From a virus: a stretch of DNA of 64,000 bases. Position numbers and translations under genes: made by a program. The notes beneath the pieces were generated by a model, which did not search any database, was not told where the DNA came from, and was given only the letters and a program-made list of their open reading frames with translations. The stretch covers positions 13,541-77,540 of the IMG/VR virus record IMGVR_UViG_3300029305_004519; one strand, 5' to 3'. Below, piece after piece: positions 57,616-64,000 of this stretch. Within the stretch, counting starts at the first letter, position 1. Every line of letters starts with the position of its first letter.

Positions 57616-58413
57616 ATGACTGTTGAAGAACTTTCTGATAAATATAATATGTCAGTAAGTAGTATTAAGAATTCTTTTCCACGAACTCAAGCTTCTATTT
57701 TGAAAAAACATGGAGTAAAAATTGTGAAATAGGGTAGAGGAGATAATGCTTAGTATTATGAGGAATGGGTCGATGACCAGCGCGCCTTAACAATGTATGA
57801 AGAAACAAAAGGAACGGTAATGATTAGTAGTGAACAATTATCAATGGTGAATTGGGACTTCCATGTTTTTTTAGGTATTATTACAACTCCAATGTTAGTT
57901 TTTAGAGGAAGTTATGAGGATTTTTTAAGATATACTTCTATCCCTGTTAATAATAATAATATATGGGAATTAAAAATGGCGCTTTAGCATCTTGTTGCGC
58001 GCGATTATATTAGCTATTAGATAGATAAAACTAATGAGAATTATTTTGTAGCCGCCCTTTGGTATTAGACGGAAAAAGATATGGAAATTGGAATAGAAAT
58101 GGTGCGCACTTGTAAATAGTTAGCGGAGTCTTATAATAAAAGAAGTTGGGTGCCATTATTAAAAACTTGGTTGGGTGTTTAGATGATGTCTAAGCATTAG
58201 CCTTATACAGTTGCGCAATTAGCGGAGATTACTGGGCTAAGCGATTATGCAATAAGAGAAAGTACAAAGATACTAGGAGATTGCGCAGTGTTTTAGACAT
58301 CGCGCGCATATAAATCTTATTAGAAATGTATTGGTACAAATGTAGAGTTTATTCATGAGGCTTTTTATGATTTGCCAGAAGATGGAGAAAAGAGGAAAGT
58401 GCCGAAGAAATAA
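57616..58413 (+). CDS. HTH-containing protein encoded with 11 in-frame TAG codons
   Basis: RBS AAAGAGAGG, ATG at 57616. 266 codons open through 11 TAGs to a TAA at 58411. Contains HTH-like segments SVSSIKNSFPRTQASILKKHG and PYTVAQLAEITGLSDYAIRESTKIL. ORF-track 57793-57987 is an internal fragment. Confidence 0.5.
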
Positions 58414-58630
58414 TACAAAGTTGTTGGAATTTAATACTTTTCTTAAGGATATATAAATAATATATAATGTTTAAGTAAAGTATTAAATCCAAACGAAAGT
58501 TGTTTATTATCGACCATGAGTTTAAGTAATTTATTAAATTCCAACAAATTTGGTTTAAAATGTCGAAAGATGGACTGCCCTAGCGAAGCGACGGGCAGGA
58601 CTTCTTGAGGAATGGAGGTGAAATAGATAG

Positions 58631-58840
58631 ATGGATGAATTTTTAATATTAGCTATGGCGCAAATTTTTGAAATACCAGAAGTAATAATGAAGGATACAG
58701 AAGTGTCTGAATGGTTTCTTGAAGAATTAACTAGATTGTTAGAAAGAGTAGAAGTGCAAACGTATTTAAAGAAATTCATGGAAAATGAACATTGGAAATA
58801 TAAAAGATGGTATGGGAAAATAGAAGAAGAAAATGAGTAA
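58631..58840 (+). CDS. Hypothetical small protein
   Basis: 69-aa ORF. Confidence 0.35.
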   Translation: MDEFLILAMAQIFEIPEVIMKDTEVSEWFLEELTRLLERVEVQTYLKKFMENEHWKYKRWYGKIEEENE

Positions 58841-59028
58841 TGATACTTGAAAAGGTGGAATTGTAATAAAGTATAATAAAGTGCGGGTGTGTGGTGGCAC
58901 CTAATCCAAACCCACTTCACTACACCCTCGTCTCCGTTATCCTTATGGAGATTAATATCTCTTATTTGATTTATAATAAAATATATGATATAATATATAT
59001 AGAAAATGGAAAGGAGAATATAAATAAT

Positions 59029-59349
59029 ATGAATATTCTTGAATTGCTGAAAAATGGTAAAACAGTAGAAGATATTACTGAAGACTTTTTTGCTGCTGTA
59101 GAGGAGTCTCAAGCAGCTTATGAGAAGTGGAAGGAAGAGGAAGAGGAAAAGAAGCGCGCGGCCGCTCAAAGAGCGCTGGAGCTAGAGTATAAGAAATCTA
59201 AGCAAGAGCAGGCGCGTAAGGCCTTGGGCGCCGCAATTGTTGATTACTTCTCTTCTCTTGATATCAAGGTAACTGAGAAGACCTTGGAAGATGTAGAGTG
59301 GATCATCGATGCGCTGCCGCAGATTAAGGTGGTGAGAACCTGGAGATGA
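59029..59349 (+). CDS. Hypothetical coiled-coil protein
   Basis: MNILELLKNGKTVEDITEDFF... (internal Met of ORF-track 58891-59349, with RBS GGAAAGGAGAA). Confidence 0.4.
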   Translation: MNILELLKNGKTVEDITEDFFAAVEESQAAYEKWKEEEEEKKRAAAQRALELEYKKSKQEQARKALGAAIVDYFSSLDIKVTEKTLEDVEWIIDALPQIKVVRTWR

Positions 59350-59633
59350 GCAATATGAATGAAGGTGTTATCAAGGAAGGCCGCGCCTATATTATCAATG
59401 GTCTCTTGGCTTATGGCGAAGGGTTTGGCGTATTGGCGCCGGAGGAGATTCCTCAGGAATTGATGGAAGACTTGGATGAAGGGCTTGAGACTATTGAAGC
59501 GGCGATCCCGGTTTTGATCAGCTTATGGGAAATGAGTAATAAACTTAAGGACAAGGATGAACAACAGACATTCCTAGAGTTTTTAGCAGAAATTCTGAAA
59601 GATAGACAAGATAAGCATGGATTATTTGGTTAA
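59346..59633 (+). CDS. Hypothetical protein
   Basis: 95-aa ORF. Confidence 0.4.
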   Translation: MSNMNEGVIKEGRAYIINGLLAYGEGFGVLAPEEIPQELMEDLDEGLETIEAAIPVLISLWEMSNKLKDKDEQQTFLEFLAEILKDRQDKHGLFG

Positions 59634-59636
59634 AGG

Positions 59637-59672
59637 GAGGCGCTTGAGGGCGCCTTTCCTTATTTTTACAAT
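59637..59672 (+). terminator. Rho-independent terminator ending the plus-strand block
   Basis: GGCGC-ttgagg-GCGCC followed by TTTCCTTATTTTTAC. Confidence 0.6.
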
Positions 59673-60189
59673 ATTTCCAAATTTTGGAAGGGCGCATCGT
59701 ACACTATCCCCGAGTCATGGCTTCCCTTCATTTCTATTATAATTATATCATAATTTTCACTAAAAATCCACTTATTCTCTTGACTCTAGGCGCATAATAT
59801 CATTTTTTCGTTTCTGGGATCAAATTTTAGCACTATTGAAAGAACAAAAACAAGTAAAATCTGTTAAAACTATGCGTTTTTGATTAAGAATTCACAGTTT
59901 ATGCGGAAAAATGAATAAAAATGCTAATTATAGGAAAAAATAATGGAAATCAAACAACCAAAAACCGCGGCGCATATATGCGAAGGTCTAGCCTAGCGCG
60001 GAAGACGGGGGCTTCCCGATGGTCAGCGGCCCGCGCAGAAGTTGGGTATTGCGGGAAAATAGGTGAAGATTGAAACATTCAGATTTCGAATCGCATATGT
60101 GTGAAGAGATAGCTGGAGTGTGGAAACGGCAGGCGACGAACGCCGCCGTGCCGAAATTATGAACAGATTGTGAACACGTTTGGCGCAGA

Positions 60190-60226
60190 TAAAAAACAGA
60201 GGGCTTTACCCTCTGTTTTCTTTTAG
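60190..60226. terminator. Bidirectional hairpin terminator at the boundary with the high-GC early-type block
   Basis: AAAAAAC-AGAGGG-cttta-CCCTCT-GTTTTCTTTT. Confidence 0.55.
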
Positions 60227-60387
60227 TAACGTTTGGCGCTAATCCAAAAACCAAAACGAGCCATCTACGCAAAACTTAAAGAGTATATTTCCAATTCCTA
60301 TCAATGGGCCATTGGGTGCATTTAGCTCTTCATAATTTTCTTTTGGAAGGTGTTTTTCACACCATGCTTTCAGCTCTTCATATGCAG

Positions 60388-60588
60388 TCATTGTTTTAAT
60401 ACCCCCATATATCCAAATTTGATATTTAATATTTCGGTCACATCATTGCGCGCCTCAATATCGGCTTTAAATTCTTCTTTGGCTTGCAACCGCGCCTCGT
60501 AAGGATTGTTTGCTTCAACGGCATAACTCTTTGTAATAGAAGAAACGCACTCGCCCGTGACTTCAACTTCATATACATGTAATTTCAT
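60388..60588 (-). CDS. Hypothetical small protein
   Basis: 66-aa ORF. Confidence 0.4.
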   Translation of the reverse strand: MKLHVYEVEVTGECVSSITKSYAVEANNPYEARLQAKEEFKADIEARNDVTEILNIKFGYMGVLKQ

Positions 60589-60836
60589 ATTTCTTTTCCC
60601 TCTGCATTATAGATTTTTGTATCTCCATCCTCGGTTTCAATGTTATAACCGCAATACTGGACAGAAAAATTATCATCCCACTCTGCGCCACATTGATTGC
60701 ACCTCATATGCGCATATGCGCACATATCCTCGAACCCACTGCTTACTTCGGTGGTATCGTCACTGTGGCAAATAGGACAAATCCATTCGCTTGTTTTAGC
60801 CATTTTCTTTTTCCTCTCTTTCGTTTTATGTAGCAA
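60585..60836 (-). CDS. Zinc-ribbon small protein
   Basis: CPICHSDD...CNQCGAEW. Confidence 0.4.
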   Translation of the reverse strand: MLHKTKERKKKMAKTSEWICPICHSDDTTEVSSGFEDMCAYAHMRCNQCGAEWDDNFSVQYCGYNIETEDGDTKIYNAEGKEI

Positions 60837-60843
60837 GGGGTTT

Positions 60844-61308
60844 TCACCCCTTGCTTTCCTTTTGCGGTCTCTGCCGAATAAGGTCTACCTTGAAACTGTC
60901 TGTACCGACCTTAAAGGTAATCAGTTTACCCTTTTTCTCGATATTTACCTCTGTTGCTTCAAGGCTTGGGAGTAAGTCTGCGATTGCTTGGATAATGCCC
61001 TCTTTGACTTTATCCTCTTTTACCACTCGCTCTCGCTGGGTTTTCTGCTTGACTTCGGCTTTTGCTTCATGGATGGTTGCGGTAATGCGGTTTTCTTTTG
61101 CCTTTGCGGTCAAGGCTTGCTCTTCCTCATTCTCGATATAGTCATGGTCGAATAGCCATAAGTCAATAGCCTCGGCTTTGGAGTTGCATACCGCCATATT
61201 CCGTGCAATTTCGGCATTGGGGATATTTACCACTTTGCCACTTGCCAACTTATAGGGGGTATATGCACTTGCCATTGGTAACACCTCTCTTTCTTGTCCT
61301 CTTGACAC
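60844..61308 (-). CDS. Hypothetical protein (early region)
   Basis: 154-aa ORF directly downstream of early promoter 61310-61342. Confidence 0.45.
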   Translation of the reverse strand: MSRGQEREVLPMASAYTPYKLASGKVVNIPNAEIARNMAVCNSKAEAIDLWLFDHDYIENEEEQALTAKAKENRITATIHEAKAEVKQKTQRERVVKEDKVKEGIIQAIADLLPSLEATEVNIEKKGKLITFKVGTDSFKVDLIRQRPQKESKG

Positions 61309-61309
61309 T

Positions 61310-61342
61310 TATATTATACCACATTGTGCGCTAAATGTCAAG
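61310..61342 (-). promoter_or_regulatory. Early-class promoter. Minus strand reads TTGACA-N17(TGg)-TATAAT.
   Basis: Reverse complement is CCTCTTGACATTTAGCGCACAATGTGGTATAATATAAG, a sigma-70 consensus, flanked by the AT-rich aaaaatttttcaaaaaattttt. Confidence 0.65.
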
Positions 61343-61385
61343 AGGTTTGGGAAAAATTTTTCAAAAAATTTTTGGGGTTGGGGGC

Positions 61386-61808
61386 TTATGCCCCCTCTCC
61401 CTCAACCTCGGTATCCTCGCCATACGCAAGCGCATAATAGGATACCTTCTTCACCTTGGTGTTCACAAAGTCCTTGGGATTCTTGGTGAAAATTGCGGTA
61501 ATCATCTGCGAGGACACCTTATGTCCGTCTGCCTTGACATAGGCTTGGATGCGGTCATCTTTGAGAATGTCTCCCACGGTCATGCCGACCTCTTCCTTGC
61601 ACTCGGCAAGAATATCCTTAACGATTTCGGCAACCGCCGCCGCATCTTTCTGTGCAGGGGTTTCCTTACCGCTCTTGGACGATTTGCGCGACAAGAGTTC
61701 AATCTCATGCGCCATAACATCTGCCCACTCGGTTTTGCCCTGTTCGGTGAGGAACGCCATAATGCCCTCAAAATGTTCTCTTTTGGTAACTCTGTTCTTT
61801 TCTGCCAT
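61386..61808 (-). CDS. Hypothetical protein (paralog family member)
   Basis: 140-aa ORF. Confidence 0.45.
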   Translation of the reverse strand: MAEKNRVTKREHFEGIMAFLTEQGKTEWADVMAHEIELLSRKSSKSGKETPAQKDAAAVAEIVKDILAECKEEVGMTVGDILKDDRIQAYVKADGHKVSSQMITAIFTKNPKDFVNTKVKKVSYYALAYGEDTEVEGEGA

Positions 61809-61865
61809 GATTCTCTACCTCATTCTTTCTTTTAGTCAGTAGGGATTGGCTTTCCCTTACTGCTC

Positions 61866-61899
61866 TTATATTATACCACATTTCGTGGGTTTTGTCAAG
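61866..61899 (-). promoter_or_regulatory. Early-class promoter (TTGACA-N17-TATAAT on the minus strand)
   Basis: Plus-strand cttatattataccacatttcgtgggttttgtcaagg. Confidence 0.65.
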
Positions 61900-61995
61900 G
61901 GGTTTTTTGAAATTTCTTCAAAAATTTTCGTGGAAAGGGAAACGAAATAAGTTTTTACGCGCGCCTTCGTCCTTGCTTTCCCCCCTTGATTACAT

Positions 61996-62030
61996 TAATA
62001 TTATACCATAAAAATAAAAATTTGTCAATA
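61996..62030 (-). promoter_or_regulatory. Early-class promoter
   Basis: Plus-strand taatattataccataaaaataaaaatttgtcaatagg. Confidence 0.55.
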
Positions 62031-62158
62031 GGTTTTGGGAAATCTAAATGCACAAAGTTTGGGCAGTTTTTGGTAGGAAAATTGTGCAACTTGCACAGAA
62101 ACGCACAAATCGGCTCAAACGCGACCGCGCTTGAGCCGGCAAAAAGAAAACAAGGTGT

Positions 62159-62368
62159 TTAAACACCTTGTTCAACTTTCTTAATTCCGAAAACTTTGCA
62201 CACCTTGCAAAAGGCTTTGCGAGTTTTCTTTTCTGCTTTTTTGATTTCCTTCATAGGAATTTCAAAATCTTCGTGTAATTCAAACTCTGCTTTGTAACAT
62301 TCTTTTACATAAATTTCTGCGATAGTGTCCATAAGTTTGTCTGCGCTTGATTGCTTAATACTTTTCAT
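62159..62368 (-). CDS. Hypothetical small protein
   Basis: 69-aa ORF. Confidence 0.4.
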   Translation of the reverse strand: MKSIKQSSADKLMDTIAEIYVKECYKAEFELHEDFEIPMKEIKKAEKKTRKAFCKVCKVFGIKKVEQGV

Positions 62369-62424
62369 TTTTTTCCTTCCTTTTAGTTTTATGTATGGGG
62401 CGGTTTAAACCGCCCCTTGTGCGC

Positions 62425-62808
62425 CTACTCCGCAAGGGAGAACAGAACATCCTTGCCCTTTTCGGTGCGGATTACCTCACCCGAGCCGTCGGGGTTCTTG
62501 TCGCTCGGGGGAAGCAACTTACGAAGCATAGCATTGATCTTGGACGAAGAAAACTTGGTGCCATTTGCGGCGTTGACCGCTTCCATGATTGCATTGCACT
62601 TCATGGGGGAATCGGAGTTGCAGAGGACGGATACAATCATATCCATGACCTCGCGGTGTTCTTCATTCTTCTTGGTGTCGGTCTTGGAAGTCTTGTTTTC
62701 CAACTGCGCCAACTTCTTCTCGCACATTGCAACAACATTTTCGTTGTCGGCCATAGCCGCCATGACTTCCTCGTAAAACTGCTTTTGAGTGTAGGTTACC
62801 TTTGCCAT
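62425..62808 (-). CDS. Hypothetical protein (paralog family member)
   Basis: 127 aa, MAKVTYTQKQFYEEVMAAMADNENVVAMCEKK... Confidence 0.45.
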   Translation of the reverse strand: MAKVTYTQKQFYEEVMAAMADNENVVAMCEKKLAQLENKTSKTDTKKNEEHREVMDMIVSVLCNSDSPMKCNAIMEAVNAANGTKFSSSKINAMLRKLLPPSDKNPDGSGEVIRTEKGKDVLFSLAE

Positions 62809-62878
62809 AATTTTTTTCCTCTCTCGCTATTGGTTGCGACCCTTTATTTTTATATTCAGTAGGTTTTCCCTTACTGCT

Positions 62879-62913
62879 CTTATATTATACCGCACTTTTG
62901 TGGATTTGTCAAT
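62879..62913 (-). promoter_or_regulatory. Early-class promoter
   Basis: Plus-strand cttatattataccgcacttttgtggatttgtcaatagg. Confidence 0.65.
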
Positions 62914-62958
62914 AGGTTTTTGAAAAATTTTTTTATTTTTTTTATGGGGAAAGAGGTT

Positions 62959-63657
62959 TTACCCTCTTTCCTCAAAGTCGACCACAGTGCCATCAAGGCG
63001 AATCCAACCGCCACGGGAAACATACTCGAAAATGTTTTGCCCTCGCTTGCCACACTCACACAAAATGCGCAACTCCCAATATACATCGGATAGGGCGGTG
63101 TGTTCCTCAACAAAATCCACATTTTGATTGAGGTACTTGGTTACACCCTCAACAGAGGTCGGGAAGAATTTTCCGCTTTTGGTTTTGAGGTCATATGCAA
63201 GACAGAAATCTTGATATTCTTTGCTTGTGCAGATATTCCAGTATGCAAAGCCCCAAAGGTCGAATACTTTAATTTTTTCAAGCGGATTGGGAAGTCCGTA
63301 TGCGATTGCGGTCTTGGCAAATTTGTCGGTATCAAACTGACAGTTGTAGGCATAGCCAAACTCAACTCCGTAGCGGTCAAGGTCTCGCTCCAACTGTTCA
63401 AACACTTGCTTTTCGGTGCGCTCGATTGCGCCCTTATGCTTGACATTGTGCGCCATTACCGCCAACTTATCATCACCTACGAACATATCGTTACGCATCC
63501 ACATGGTATTGCGGTAAATATCTCGCATGAGGTAGTCTCGCTTTACCTTGGTGCGGTAGGTGAAAGTGGTTAAGTCAAGGTCTACAATCATGTAGCCTAC
63601 ATTGAGTAGCGATTGGGTTTTACACCCAGCCGTTTCGGTGTCGAACACAATAATGTT
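62959..63657 (-). CDS. DEDDh 3'-5' exonuclease (DnaQ-like)
   Basis: MNIIVFDTETAG (Exo I) ... EEHTALSDVYWE (Exo III, H-x4-D). Confidence 0.65.
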   Translation of the reverse strand, partial: NIIVFDTETAGCKTQSLLNVGYMIVDLDLTTFTYRTKVKRDYLMRDIYRNTMWMRNDMFVGDDKLAVMAHNVKHKGAIERTEKQVFEQLERDLDRYGVEFGYAYNCQFDTDKFAKTAIAYGLPNPLEKIKVFDLWGFAYWNICTSKEYQDFCLAYDLKTKSGKFFPTSVEGVTKYLNQNVDFVEEHTALSDVYWELRILCECGKRGQNIFEYVSRGGWIRLDGTVVDFEERG

Positions 63658-63718
63658 CATGTTTTTCTGTTTTCCTCTCTTTCTACCATAGTGGGTAGCC
63701 CTCGCTCCCATCTCGGTA

Positions 63719-63754
63719 CTTATATTATACCACATTTCTGCGGTTTTGTCAAGA
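63719..63754 (-). promoter_or_regulatory. Early-class promoter upstream of the exonuclease gene
   Basis: Plus-strand cttatattataccacatttctgcggttttgtcaagagg. Confidence 0.65.
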
Positions 63755-63771
63755 GGTTTTGAAAAAATTTT

Positions 63772-63978
63772 TTAAATTTTTTTCAAAACTTCAAGAACTT
63801 CAAAGATTTCGTGAGGCGCATATGCTTGCCCATTTCCCGCCCATTCTTCACGATTGCGCTTTTCGTCATCGAACAAAATACCGATAGTTTCAGCAACTTG
63901 ACTTTTGGGCGTGCCATATGCTACAATATGAATTTCGTCAAAATGCACAGAACCGAGGTGTTCAGCAAGCCATGCCAT
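63772..63978 (-). CDS. Hypothetical small protein
   Basis: 68-aa ORF. Confidence 0.4.
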   Translation of the reverse strand: MAWLAEHLGSVHFDEIHIVAYGTPKSQVAETIGILFDDEKRNREEWAGNGQAYAPHEIFEVLEVLKKI

Positions 63979-64000
63979 TTTTACAGCGGATACAAGCGCA

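Noticed and set aside
11886-58413. Interpreting in-frame TAGs as pseudogenes, frameshifts or sequencing errors
   Set aside because: More than 25 in-frame stops are all TAG, never TAA or TGA. Domains continue in frame across them, the genes retain RBSs and proper TAA or TGA terminators, and a cognate CUA-anticodon tRNA is encoded. Recoding is the simpler explanation.
58555-59169. 204-aa minus-strand ORF overlapping the plus-strand late genes
   Set aside because: Its low-complexity translation (L, F and I runs) is antisense to plus-strand genes that have RBSs and a downstream terminator.
59988-60272. 94-aa minus-strand ORF in the GC-rich boundary segment
   Set aside because: It spans the bidirectional terminator hairpin, has no RBS and has odd Arg/Pro/Gly-rich composition. 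It is likely non-coding.
1-64000. Possible CRISPR array suggested by the many copies of a ~35-40-bp A/T-rich repeat
   Set aside because: The copies are 1-5 kb apart and each sits immediately upstream of a gene start. On the coding strand they contain TTGATT-N17-TATAAT, so they are promoters, not CRISPR repeats. No regularly spaced short spacers exist.

Overview
This window looks like a 64 kb piece of a large, low-GC dsDNA phage genome, read entirely from the sequence.

Layout: almost all genes from 1 to 56,100 and from 60,240 to 64,000 are on the minus strand. A short plus-strand block sits at 56,200-59,650.

Replication and nucleotide-metabolism genes (1-22 kb):
- a partial SF1 RecD/Dda-like helicase;
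- a RecJ-like DHH exonuclease;
- a DnaG-type primase and a DnaB-type helicase;
- a Sak4-like ATPase next to an SSB-like protein;
- a divergent ThyX-like protein;
- an NAD-dependent DNA ligase split into two ORFs by a homing-endonuclease gene;
- type IIA topoisomerase B and A subunits;
- RNase HI.

Other modules:
- an RNA-repair set: polynucleotide kinase, metallophosphoesterase and RNA ligase;
- a phage sigma-70-family sigma factor;
- PncA and PncB (NAD salvage), flanked by strongly acidic small proteins;
- a flotillin-like SPFH protein;
- an ~830-aa protein whose N-terminal repeats, SPFH-like shoulder and coiled-coil tail resemble eukaryotic Major Vault Protein.

The region 40,000-51,400 is a tRNA island with about 28 minus-strand tRNA genes. 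They are interspersed with GC-rich non-coding blocks, and several have odd structures.

Stop-codon recoding is the strongest signal in the window:
- A canonical 76-nt tRNA with anticodon CUA and a tRNA-Gln-like body sits at 22,468-22,543.
- At least ten genes have in-frame TAG codons and end with TAA or TGA. These include several homing endonucleases, a structural-like protein and the plus-strand block; one of them carries 11 TAG codons.
- This points to TAG being read as Gln in late genes.

Two promoter classes are visible:
- about 20 copies of a conserved 'TTGATT-N17-TGnTATAAT' promoter with an A/T-rich conserved spacer, spread across the replication, tRNA and late regions;
- classic TTGACA-N17-TATAAT promoters with AT-rich UP elements, confined to the higher-GC block at 60.2-64 kb, which is probably the early region.

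No rRNA, CRISPR array or transposon was found.
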